64,000 nt of DNA from Nitrospirota bacterium (GTDB taxonomy: Bacteria > Nitrospirota > Nitrospiria > Nitrospirales > Nitrospiraceae): positions 13,885 through 77,884 of the forward strand of contig CAVPBK010000015.1 in assembly GCA_963701855.1 (NCBI GenBank), in the 5' to 3' direction. Below the pieces are notes generated by a model that worked only from the letters and a program-made list of their open reading frames with translations, did not search any database and was not told where the DNA came from. Shown piece after piece: positions 50,876 to 60,329 of this stretch (its first letter is position 1; every line of letters begins with the position of its first letter). A program made the position numbers and the translations under genes.

Positions 50876-52250
50876 CAGGCTGTTGACAAACTCGCCGGTT
50901 GAAACGGATTCACCGTCACGGCTGTACTCACGCAGGTCTCTGTGTGGTGATTGGTCCGTCTGGTCTGCTGGGTGAGCCGTCCATGTCCTGTTCTCTCCTG
51001 CCTCCCGCACATCCCCAGGTCCCATGTGCCCCCTAGGTCGGCGTCGGGAGTACGTTGGCCAGCCGCTTCAGGTTGCGCAGCCAGCCCAGCAGAGAGGCTT
51101 CGTCTCGGACCTGCAGGAGCCCTCGCCGCTGAAAGCGCCGGAAGCCGTGCCAGCATTTCGCCTCGCCCCAGAGTTCTTCGATCTTCTTCCGTGCCCGCTG
51201 TGAGAGGCGGTAGCCCACCGTCCGGCTCAGCCGTCGCACCCGCTGATGGATGGCCTCTCCTCCAGTCGTCTTGGCGGCAATGTGTGGGCTGATCCGCCGT
51301 CGCACGAGGGCGGTCAGGAACGGTTTGGCAACATACCCCTTGTCCGCGCCCACGGTCTGAATCCGAAGATCGTGCGTCGCATGAAACCGATCGATCAACG
51401 CCCGCCCGCCGTCCGTCTCTGAGGCCGGCCCTCGAAACGGCTCCACATTGATCCCCACTCACAGCCGATGCCGAGTTTCCATCAGGCCATTCACGGTATA
51501 GCCGACCATTGCCGCGGTCCCATTCCCCTTGTTCGCCAGCTTGGCATCGGGATCCGTCGTCGAGACATGCGTCTGATTCGAGCGCCGCTCCCCGCGAAAC
51601 GTGACCGTGGGATTCCCCGGATCCTGGTCCGACTCCGACCCCGCATCCAGGGACCGAATCCGTTTCTTGTAGTCCTCTGGCTTCAGAAATACTTCTATCG
51701 GAACAACGCGCTTGTGCGACGCATTGGCCTGCACCAGCGTCCCATCGAGCGTCGTATGATGCGACACCAACTTCTGCTTGATCGCCAAGGCGACCGTCTC
51801 ATCAAACAACCGTTCGAGCAGCCCGCTTTCCGTAACGCGCCGCTTCCGATTCTGTGAGAACGTCGAGTGGTCCCACGGCATCTGCTCTAACGCTAGGCCC
51901 ACAAACCAGCGGAGGACCAGGTTCCCGGTCAGCTCGCGCACCAAGGCCCGTTCCGAGGTCACGCCCAGCAGATACCCGCCCAGGAGAGCCAGGAACAGTT
52001 GTTCGGGCGGAATGGACGGGCGGCCGGTCTCGGCATACAGCGGCTCGCAGAGCTGCCGGATTCGCGCCGGGTCGATCAACGGGCGGATCGTCCGCATCGG
52101 ATGATCGGCGGTCACATACTGCTCCAGATTGATGTGGTAGAACATCGACGGCTGGGGATCGGCGGGACCCATCATGATAGTGGCCCTCCTGATGGAGCCT
52201 TCTCGTATCACAACTGCGACGGAAGGAGGAGAGGGTTTGTCAACAGCCTG
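50876..52250 (-). mobile_element. IS5-family insertion sequence (1375 bp) with CTAG target duplication
   Basis: Perfect 16-bp TIRs CAGGCTGTTGACAAAC / GTTTGTCAACAGCCTG; CTAG at 50872-50875 and 52251-52254. Confidence 0.92.
51033..52175 (-). pseudogene. IS5-family DDE transposase with an in-frame TGA at 51459-51461
   Basis: GRPSIPPE, DHSTFSQNR, LDGTLVQA, TTDPDA, GADKGY, RKKIEE; both ORFs lie in the same frame. Confidence 0.88.
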
Positions 52251-52364
52251 CTAGATAACCGCAAGCCAAGAAGATAGCTTTTCTCCCCGTCCGGTAGTCG
52301 TCTATACTCCCCCATTATTTTGACCTGTCTGATCTTCTGTTCTAATTGGGAGCGAGGTCGTGGC

Positions 52365-53166
52365 ATGGTCCAATCGGAGTACGTCTTTCAGCGAGTTGAA
52401 GATCAACGAGAATTGGAACGGCTCAGGATGATCGAGCAGGTGTTCGATCCGGCGAGTCGGAGACGGCTGCTCGGTACTGGTCTGCAACCAGGCTGGCGCT
52501 GTCTTGATGTCGGGCTCGGCGCTAGGTCGATCATGACTTGGATGAGCGTGGCGGTTGGTCCGACGGGCCAGGTTGTAGCGGTGGATCTTGATCCGAAGTT
52601 CCTCGGTGAATTGGGGACAATCGAATGTGAAGATTGTCCGGGCCGATATTGGGACCGCACAGCTCCCAGAACGGTCGTTTGATCTGGTTCATGCCCGGTA
52701 CGTCTTGATCCATCTTCCTGGCTATGAGGTAGTGGTGACGAAGATGTTCGACAGCCTCAAGCCGGGAGGCTGGCTTGCTCTGGAGGAGCCTGATTTTTCA
52801 GCCTCCCGTGGCATCACTGGCGATGAGCAGGAATTGGCGTCTCTGCGCAAGGTCAATCAGACCATCGAACAGATGTATGCGACATTGAGAATGGACTCCG
52901 CGCTGGGACTGAAGTTGCCTGCCTTAATGCAACGGTGTGGACTACAATATCTCACCGTAGAGAACGACGCCCTGCTCTGCGCTGGGGGGGGCGGCATAGC
53001 CACAGTGATGAAGCTGTCTACTGAGCAATTGCGTGGGAAGTATCTGGCCACAGGAGTCGTTGGACAGTCCGATCTTGAGCAGTATTGCCGATTTGCTGAT
53101 GATCCGAACACCTGGGCCATCTACTACGCCACAATCGCCGTGAGCGGTCGGAAAGCCGGAGGCTGA
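52365..53166 (+). pseudogene. Class I SAM-dependent methyltransferase, frameshifted near 52615
   Basis: CLDVGLG motif I; FDLVHARYVL and LKPGGW in the second frame; one extra G in TTGGGGACAA. Confidence 0.78.
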
Positions 53167-53167
53167 G

Positions 53168-53704
53168 ATGTCCGTAGATACACCGGTGTTAGTTTTACCC
53201 GGTCTTGGTAACTCTGGCCCGCAACATTGGCAAACGCTCTGGGAGTTGCGCCATCCCCAGTGGCAGCGCGTGGATCTTGGGAATTGGAACAGGCCGATAT
53301 GTGACGATTGGGTTCATGCGTTGGATGTTGCCGTACAGGCTTGTCCTTCTCCGCCCATGCTGGTGGCTCACAGCCTCGCCTGTCTCCTGGTGGCTCATTG
53401 GGCACATCGTTCAGCGCTGGTTCCAAAGGGAGCGTTTCTCGTGGCGGTGCCCGATCCCCAACGCGCCAGTTTCCCTGCCACGGTGCTTGGATTTGTACCG
53501 GTGCCGATGGCGCCGTTCGCGTTTCGGAGTCTCGTGGTCGCCAGCGCGAATGACTCGTTCGGATCGCTGGCCCATGCCAACCATTGTGCGATTGCTTGGG
53601 GAAGCACGTTCATCGATATCGGCCAGGCGGGACACATCAATGCCGACAGTGGGCATGGTGAATGGACGGAGGGGCATGCGCTCCTGCAACAATTCATGGC
53701 CTAG
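53168..53704 (+). CDS. RBBP9/YdeN family alpha/beta hydrolase
   Basis: PGLGNSGPQHWQ, AHSLAC, ASAND, AGHINADSG. Confidence 0.9.
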   Translation: MSVDTPVLVLPGLGNSGPQHWQTLWELRHPQWQRVDLGNWNRPICDDWVHALDVAVQACPSPPMLVAHSLACLLVAHWAHRSALVPKGAFLVAVPDPQRASFPATVLGFVPVPMAPFAFRSLVVASANDSFGSLAHANHCAIAWGSTFIDIGQAGHINADSGHGEWTEGHALLQQFMA

Positions 53705-53917
53705 GAGCCTGCCTCGCATAACTGAAAATGACAGATTTGATGGACAAATCACGTTAGCTGAGCCGAGATCGACGACCCAGAGCCGAACACATGTTCAAAA
53801 TTTTTGTGCTTCCTCATATGGGACAGGCATCTAGCTCCCTGCAAAGATTTTTAGTACAATCCATACGTGTCGCCCCGGAGGCCAGTCATCCTGACCGTGA
53901 TTCTTCGCTGAGACACC

Positions 53918-54919
53918 ATGGTGTTAAAGAAATTACCTGTTACCGTCATTTCCGGATTTCTCGGTGCGGGCAAGACGACTCTCGTCAATCATATACTCAC
54001 GCAAAACACCGGCGCCAACATCGGGGTGATCGTCAATGAATTTGGAGAGGTCGGGATCGACGGTGAACTCATTGTCGCCGACGAAGACGCACTGATAGAG
54101 ATACGCAACGGCTGCATCTGCTGCACCGTGCGCACTGATCTGGTGGCAGGCGTGAAGGTCCTTCTGGAGCGCAATGACATCAAGTTGGATCGCCTGATCA
54201 TCGAAACCTCTGGACTGGCCGATCCGGCGCCGGTGTTGCAAACTTTTCTTGCTGACACTGATCTGTTGAACCGAGTCGAACTGGAGTCCGTCGTGACACT
54301 GGTCGACGCAGTCAATTTCCAACGTCAGATCGACGACGGCATTGCACGTGAACAGATAGCCTTCGCCGATCTGATTGTGTTGAACAAAGTCGGTCTACTG
54401 AAAACTGATGACATCGCATCCCTGGAACATGAGTTGCGCGCGATCAATCCGGTCGCGGCTCTCATTTGCACCAATAACTCCGAAGTGGCCACCAATACGC
54501 TGCTTGGTGTGCACCGGTTCTCGTTGCCCCATGTGCTGACGATAGAACCCGGCATCCTGGGAGACGAGCACGATCATGAACACGACAATTCAATTATCTC
54601 CTGTGCAGTTGAGACCATCCATGCGCTTAACCCGGACCGCTTCAATCGCTGGGTCAATCAGCTGGTTCAGCAGCAGGGCCAGCACATCATGCGCATGAAA
54701 GGTGTGTTGAATTTCCACGGCGAAGCGCGGCAGTTCTATTTTCACAGCGTGCACATGCTGCTGGAAGCGAAGCCCGGAAAGCGCTGGCCATCCGATGAGA
54801 TGCGGCAGAGCCGGTTCGTGTTCATCGGCCGTCATCTCGACAGTGCTGTGCTGCAACGCAGTTTTCTCGATTGCGCGCACGAAATCTCTCGTCGTTCCGT
54901 TGCCCAACCTGTCTGTTAA
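53918..54919 (+). CDS. CobW/COG0523 family metallochaperone GTPase
   Basis: GFLGAGKTT, NEFGE, GCICC, IETSGLADP, NK, His-rich EHDHEHD, RMKG. Confidence 0.93.
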   Translation: MVLKKLPVTVISGFLGAGKTTLVNHILTQNTGANIGVIVNEFGEVGIDGELIVADEDALIEIRNGCICCTVRTDLVAGVKVLLERNDIKLDRLIIETSGLADPAPVLQTFLADTDLLNRVELESVVTLVDAVNFQRQIDDGIAREQIAFADLIVLNKVGLLKTDDIASLEHELRAINPVAALICTNNSEVATNTLLGVHRFSLPHVLTIEPGILGDEHDHEHDNSIISCAVETIHALNPDRFNRWVNQLVQQQGQHIMRMKGVLNFHGEARQFYFHSVHMLLEAKPGKRWPSDEMRQSRFVFIGRHLDSAVLQRSFLDCAHEISRRSVAQPVC

Positions 54920-54931
54920 TCGGAGCCTATT

Positions 54932-55678
54932 GTGAAACTACCACACTACCTCGGCGGCCTGGAAAATCTTGGGCCGGTCAATTTTTTTGAAAAGAAAGTA
55001 TTCATGGCGGAGTGGGAAAAGCGCATCTTTGGCATTCACACGGTGATGATGGCCGAAAGCACCCATTTGGCTCACGCGCTGCCCAAATATCCGATTGCGC
55101 AAGTGCCGACGACGTTCAAGGAAATCTGGACCTGGGCATCGCTGCGCACCGGCGCCGAAAGCATGCAGCCGTTCGAATATTTCAAATATCGCTATTATGA
55201 AAAATGGCTGATGGGTATCAGTCAATTCTTCATCGATCGCGGCTATGTGGCCGCCAAAGAATTGGCCACATTGACCGAGCATTACCGTGCGAATCCCAAT
55301 GCGCCACTACCGGAGCACCCCAATCCGATACTCAAGGAACAGGTGGTCCGGTACCTTCATCACGGCGACTCCGGTCTGCGCGCACCCGCAATTCCGGCTC
55401 GTTTTACCGTCGGCGACACCGTCTACGCTGCCGACCCAGAGGCCGCCGATCACACCAGACTGCCGGGATTTTTGCGCAACAAGCAGGGCACCGTTACCGA
55501 AGTGTACCCAGGCGCTTTCGAATACTTTGTGTCGACCGGACCTGACGGTCTGGCCGGGCCGCAGCATGTGTATTGTGTATCGTTCAAGGCTTCAGACATC
55601 TGGGGGGCAGGCAAGAGCGAACCCAACACCGTCATTTATGCCGACCTTTTTGACGCGTACCTGAAGCCTGCGCACTAA
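54932..55678 (+). CDS. Nitrile hydratase beta subunit-like protein
   Basis: HYLGG, WEKRIFG, YYEKWL, HTRLPGFLRNKQG, DLFDAYL; GTG start. Confidence 0.85.
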   Translation: MKLPHYLGGLENLGPVNFFEKKVFMAEWEKRIFGIHTVMMAESTHLAHALPKYPIAQVPTTFKEIWTWASLRTGAESMQPFEYFKYRYYEKWLMGISQFFIDRGYVAAKELATLTEHYRANPNAPLPEHPNPILKEQVVRYLHHGDSGLRAPAIPARFTVGDTVYAADPEAADHTRLPGFLRNKQGTVTEVYPGAFEYFVSTGPDGLAGPQHVYCVSFKASDIWGAGKSEPNTVIYADLFDAYLKPAH

Positions 55679-55698
55679 ATTCACGTGAAGAAAGTCTC

Positions 55699-56322
55699 AT
55701 GGCCGAACTCTTTGATTACGATGAAAACCGAGAAGCCGTCAGCGCGGCCAAAGTACGCGCGTTGGAAGCGTTGCTGATCAAAAAAGGCGTGCTTGGAAGT
55801 GACTCTGTCGATGCGGTGCTCAGCCATTTCGAAACCGTTGCCGGCCCTTTCAACGGCGCCCGTATCGTGGCGCGGGCGTGGCTCGACTCAGCATACAAAC
55901 GTCGGTTGCTTGAAGATACTCCGAAGGCTATCGCCGAACTGAACTTCCCGGGCATGAATGGCGCCGAAGGCGAGCACATGAAAGCCGTCGCCAACAGTGA
56001 GTCTGTGCACAACCTGGTGATCTGCACCCTGTGCTCCTGCTATCCGTGGCCGATGCTGGGCCTGCCACCCTACTGGTACAAAGATCCGGTGTTTCGCTCG
56101 CGCGGTGTGCGTGAACCGCGTGCCGTACTGCGTGAGTTTGGTGTGGCGATTTCCGCAGACAAGGAAGTGAAGATATGGGACAGCAGTGCGCAGATCCGCT
56201 GGTTCGTCATTCCTGAACGACCAGCCAACTCCGAGCATCTGAACGAAGCCCAGCTCGCGGCATTGGTCACACCGGAAGCTATGATGGGGGTCGCGCTGGT
56301 TCCTTCTCCGCCGGCCGTATAA
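55699..56322 (+). CDS. nthA: Cobalt-type nitrile hydratase alpha subunit (NHase/thiocyanate hydrolase gamma family)
   Basis: VICTLCSCYPWP metal claw, GARIVARAW, LGLPPYWYK, REPRAVL. Confidence 0.9.
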   Translation: MAELFDYDENREAVSAAKVRALEALLIKKGVLGSDSVDAVLSHFETVAGPFNGARIVARAWLDSAYKRRLLEDTPKAIAELNFPGMNGAEGEHMKAVANSESVHNLVICTLCSCYPWPMLGLPPYWYKDPVFRSRGVREPRAVLREFGVAISADKEVKIWDSSAQIRWFVIPERPANSEHLNEAQLAALVTPEAMMGVALVPSPPAV

Positions 56323-56330
56323 GGCTCCTG

Positions 56331-56672
56331 ATGTTTACTCGATTCGAAGAATATGCCGCAACCCAGATGCTTGGGCAACCTGACTCGCCACCACGCAGTG
56401 AGGGAAAGCTGTTCTTTAGCGAAGCATGGCAACGCACGGTGTTCGGTATGGCGCTGGCCTTGTCCAAGGAGGGTCATTTCGAATGGGAGGATTTCAGGCA
56501 AAATCTGATTGACACCATCGCGGCCTGGGAAAAAGATGCTTGCGTCGGCGATACCAGGTGGGACTACTACGAGCGCTATACCCTGGCCCTGATTGCAATA
56601 CTCGAGCAACGCGGAATTCTCAAGCCTGGCGAACTGGCGCGGCAGATGATCACAGACGAAGCGAGCAAGTGA
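56331..56672 (+). CDS. Nitrile hydratase accessory protein (P14K-like)
   Basis: PPRSEGKLFFSEAWQRTVFGMA, FEWEDFRQNLI, YYERY. Confidence 0.85.
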   Translation: MFTRFEEYAATQMLGQPDSPPRSEGKLFFSEAWQRTVFGMALALSKEGHFEWEDFRQNLIDTIAAWEKDACVGDTRWDYYERYTLALIAILEQRGILKPGELARQMITDEASK

Positions 56673-56907
56673 ACTACATAACACCCATTCAATGCGGGGT
56701 GTCGCACATCTGTCTGCACGAGAAGTCCCATAGGTAGTTTCAGAACGCTAGCTTGGCTCGATGGAGTACCTAGGAGCCGTGGCTCATACAGTTCTCACCC
56801 CGTGACGAACGGCCTCGTGGTTCACGTGATCGAGCCGATCCAGGACGATGCCATGCCCTGAAGCGAACCGTGGGACAAGCGCACTACCGGTCAGGAAAGG
56901 AGGACGT

Positions 56908-57879
56908 ATGTCAGAGCAGCCGGTGAGTCAATTCGATACCTTGTCGCTTGATAGTCTCACTCTTGCCCTGGTCGTCAACGGTATGGGTGTCTGTACCGAC
57001 GAGGCGGTTGCGGATCTTCGCCGCTATGTTGAATCCAAAGCGATCACTCACACCGCGATGGAATTCAATGCGTCCCTGGAGCGTGCGAAACAGTACTTTG
57101 CCGAAGGGGACGCCCACTTCTTTCTCTGCGACGGGGAGCCCTGTCAGCGACAAAGACGTTTTGAGGCCACCGCCAACGCTTTGCAGTATGAGGCTGAGCG
57201 CATCGGCTGTCGGATTTCACCCACTGCCTGTCAAGGACCCTGCAAGCAAGCGCCGCTGGCGTTGCTGCGTGTGGGCCACGGATGTGAATTATTTTCTCAG
57301 TTCGCGCACCGTCGGGAGTGGGAGGCTGTGTTGGGTTTTGTCCAACGAGCGGCTCAGGCGAAGACTGTGCTCGTCGATGCCGGGACAGCGAAGCCGTTCC
57401 GGTTCGATCCCGTCCATGAACCGGAGAAGCCCAGTGCGGCGCTTGAATACGTCCAGTTCCTGTTAGGGCATTTCGAAGGCGCGGTGGAGTTGCCTCTAGA
57501 GCAACGCTCCATCCAGAAGGAGGTTGTTGGAAGTTGGGAGGCCGGCGGCCGCTTTCTGAGTCTTCGAATGGCTGCCACGTATCGACGGACGAATGGCTCG
57601 TGGGATCGGCATCAGGTCTTTATTATCGTCGGTCCTGACGAGGAGACCGGTGCACTCGTGAGCAGGGCATACACGGACGGGGGAATGATCCACGAGTTTC
57701 ACATCGTCATCGAAGAGAAGCGGCTGATGTTTGCGGATCGCGTGCCGCACCACGTACCTGCTGTGGCCGCTCGAAAAGTGCTGACTCCCACCACGCATGG
57801 ATATGAAGAGACGCTGGAAATCGACCGGGGCCTCGGGGTCTTCGAACCCTATTACAGTATGCCCATACTGAGAAAGTAA
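56908..57879 (+). CDS. Thioredoxin-like [2Fe-2S] ferredoxin fused to a C-terminal beta-barrel-like domain
   Basis: LCDGEPC...TACQGPCKQAP (Cx4C, Cx3C); C-terminal LLGHFEG...GGRFL...RAYTDGG; SD AAGGAGG. Confidence 0.65.
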   Translation: MSEQPVSQFDTLSLDSLTLALVVNGMGVCTDEAVADLRRYVESKAITHTAMEFNASLERAKQYFAEGDAHFFLCDGEPCQRQRRFEATANALQYEAERIGCRISPTACQGPCKQAPLALLRVGHGCELFSQFAHRREWEAVLGFVQRAAQAKTVLVDAGTAKPFRFDPVHEPEKPSAALEYVQFLLGHFEGAVELPLEQRSIQKEVVGSWEAGGRFLSLRMAATYRRTNGSWDRHQVFIIVGPDEETGALVSRAYTDGGMIHEFHIVIEEKRLMFADRVPHHVPAVAARKVLTPTTHGYEETLEIDRGLGVFEPYYSMPILRK

Positions 57880-57953
57880 ATCTTGGCTTCTTCATGCCTT
57901 CGCTAAGAGGGCAGGGAAAAATGATCATGAAGGACGGATTTTTTGAGCATCTG

Positions 57954-58736
57954 CTAGACGTATAGGGTCCGGTAGTCCATCGTTGCCAACGTCTGTCTTC
58001 CCAGATCCCACTCGATAGCGAACACCGCCGAACGTGCCGAAGACAAGGACAGCAGACGCTTCCCGTCCTTGGCTACCACACTTTCGGCTTGACGAAAATC
58101 GAGGGTCTTGTCTGGCCCGGTCCGATTGCACACCAAGAGTGGGAGCCCTGTGTCTCCGGTGCACCGTTCCCATTCGCCATTCGGGCCATGTAGGCCCGGC
58201 GCCCATGCGGCCGATGAGACCAGTAGTTGCGCTCCTTGGTTCAGGAGGTTTTTGGCAATCTCCGATGTATATGCATCTGCACAGATCAGCATCCCGACAC
58301 GTGTAAACGGAGGAACTGAAATGGCGACCGCTTGCGTTCCGGGGGTCGACCAGGCCTCCGATCCAACTCGCAATGTATGAATTTTTCGATGTGTGCCGAG
58401 GATGGTTCCATTCGCTGCGATCACAAACAGGCTGTTGTAGAACTTGCGGGATTTTCGGTCCTGTTCGGGAGAGGATAGAAATACAGTCACGCGCAGTTGC
58501 GCGGCGAGTCGTGATATGCGTGTCATCCACGAGTCTGGCTGCGGCAAGATCCACTCTGTCCCGATGCTGTCGGCAAACGTATAGCCGGTGAGAATGAGTT
58601 CTGGCGTGATGATCCATGTCGCGCCGAGTCGTGCGGCGGCGGTGACTGCCTTCTCGACAAGCCGGCGGTTTCCTGTGAGGTCCCCCGGGACAGGCGCAAG
58701 ATGGAGCAACGCGATGCGTAATGTGCGTGTCGGCAT
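57954..58736 (-). CDS. Carbon-nitrogen hydrolase (nitrilase/amidase superfamily)
   Basis: TPELILTGY (Glu), HRKIH (Lys), ICADAY (Cys) triad. Confidence 0.9.
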   Translation of the reverse strand: MPTRTLRIALLHLAPVPGDLTGNRRLVEKAVTAAARLGATWIITPELILTGYTFADSIGTEWILPQPDSWMTRISRLAAQLRVTVFLSSPEQDRKSRKFYNSLFVIAANGTILGTHRKIHTLRVGSEAWSTPGTQAVAISVPPFTRVGMLICADAYTSEIAKNLLNQGAQLLVSSAAWAPGLHGPNGEWERCTGDTGLPLLVCNRTGPDKTLDFRQAESVVAKDGKRLLSLSSARSAVFAIEWDLGRQTLATMDYRTLYV

Positions 58737-58996
58737 GTGATCGGGCCGTCAGATGAGAGACAACAAGGCCATTACCGTCCACGAACGTAGCACAGTCGAA
58801 CGCACAGGTGAAACCTTGAATCGGCGTCACCCACTTCTTGACAAGGCGCCGTGATATGGGAAATATGCATGAAAGACCTGGTGGGGGCACGCCTGTCGTA
58901 TTCTCGAGAAGGATTGGCCATGGGCCGCTCCGCGGCCTTCTATCAACGGACGGGGCCCAGTATCTCCGGAGGACGGAAGCAGAAGCGAGCGTGGTT

Positions 58997-59410
58997 ATGA
59001 AGCCGGTCATCCAATGTGAACGGACGGGCTGTGGTATTGCCAGCGTCGCCGCGCTGGCTGGTGTGAGGTATCGGGAGATGCAGCGTGTAGCGAATAGGCT
59101 TGGCATTGTTGCCGACGATCCCAGATTGTGCTCCGAGACCGGCTACGTTCGGAGACTGCTTCAGGAGTCTGGAATCAGGTCTGCGAGTGCCGAAGTATCC
59201 TTTTCCTCATGGGACGCCCTGCCGGATCTTGCGCTGCTCGCCGTCAAATGGCACAGAGTACGGGGTCGCTCGTTCTGGCATTGGGTTGTGTTTTGGCGAG
59301 GACCGTATGGACCTGTTGTGCTCGACTCGAAGCGTGAACTCCGCAACCATGTACGCACCGACTTCGGTCGCATAAAGCCAAAATGGTTCATTCCTATTAA
59401 CTCCACATAA
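58997..59410 (+). CDS. Peptidase C39-like hypothetical protein
   Basis: QCERTGCGIASVA (Q-x5-C), HWVV, LDS. Confidence 0.65.
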   Translation: MKPVIQCERTGCGIASVAALAGVRYREMQRVANRLGIVADDPRLCSETGYVRRLLQESGIRSASAEVSFSSWDALPDLALLAVKWHRVRGRSFWHWVVFWRGPYGPVVLDSKRELRNHVRTDFGRIKPKWFIPINST

Positions 59411-59446
59411 GGAAGCGGCTACATCCTTGAGCCGATTACTCTGTCG

Positions 59447-60037
59447 ATGACCAAGCCTTTCCCTCCCATCTCGGATGGCAAGCCTCGCTGCGGCTGGGTC
59501 GGCGGCAAGCCACATTTCATCGCCTATCATGACCGTGAGTGGGGAGTGCCGGTTCACGATGACCGGAAGCATTTCGAGATGTTGCTGTTGGAAGGCGCGC
59601 AGGCGGGTCTCACGTGGGAAACGATCTTGCTGCGGCGGGATGGCTATCGTCGAGCGTTTGCGGAATTCGAACCCAAGAAAGTGGCGCGATTCACGGCAAA
59701 GAAAAAAGCCGCGCTGCTGAAGGATCCCGGGATCATCCGCAACCGGCTCAAGATCGACTCGGCGGTGACCAACGCGCAGGCCTTTCTCTCTGTCCAGGAA
59801 GAATTCGGATCGTTCGATCGCTATGTCTGGCCGTTCGTGGGAGGCACACCGATCGTGAACCGCTGGGGTATGATGGCCCGGGTGCCGGCGACGAGCGCGG
59901 TCAGCGATGCATTGTCCAAGGATCTCAAGAAGCGCGGCTTCAGATTTGTCGGCAGCACAATCATCTATGCCTACATGCAGGCGATTGGGCTGGTCAACGA
60001 TCACACGAGTGATTGTTTCAGACAAGCTTCACGCTAA
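59447..60037 (+). CDS. tag: DNA-3-methyladenine glycosylase I
   Basis: RCGW, YHDREWG, LEGAQAGLTW, IIRNRLKI, GLVNDH. Confidence 0.93.
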   Translation: MTKPFPPISDGKPRCGWVGGKPHFIAYHDREWGVPVHDDRKHFEMLLLEGAQAGLTWETILLRRDGYRRAFAEFEPKKVARFTAKKKAALLKDPGIIRNRLKIDSAVTNAQAFLSVQEEFGSFDRYVWPFVGGTPIVNRWGMMARVPATSAVSDALSKDLKKRGFRFVGSTIIYAYMQAIGLVNDHTSDCFRQASR

Positions 60038-60329
60038 CAGCTGGCGCATGGTAGCTGTCCTTGTTTCTTGTCAGCAGGGAGAGGTTGCCTGATGATGAAA
60101 CGATATCGGTGCGCTGCCGCATCGCGGGAGGCGGCAGCGCCGGTATGATGTTGGCCCGCTCTTGGCGCGCGCAGGCGTTGACGTTGCGGTGTTAGAGAAA
60201 CATGCCGACTTTCTCCGTGATTTGGGGGCCGCATCGCACTAACAGCGGTTCCTCTTGGTTATTTGGCTGAACCAAACAAACGAGACAGACCGGATCAACC
60301 AAACAAACCAGATGACCCTGCCTTGCGTC

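Noticed and set aside
51459..51461. Selenocysteine recoding of the transposase TGA
   Set aside because: The position is in a hydrophobic strand with no Cys/Sec context, and no SECIS is evident.
57925..59106. 393-aa minus-strand ORF and other long shadow ORFs (1614..2774, 43462..44277, 59207..60025)
   Set aside because: They overlap well-supported genes in another frame or antisense and have no recognisable motifs.
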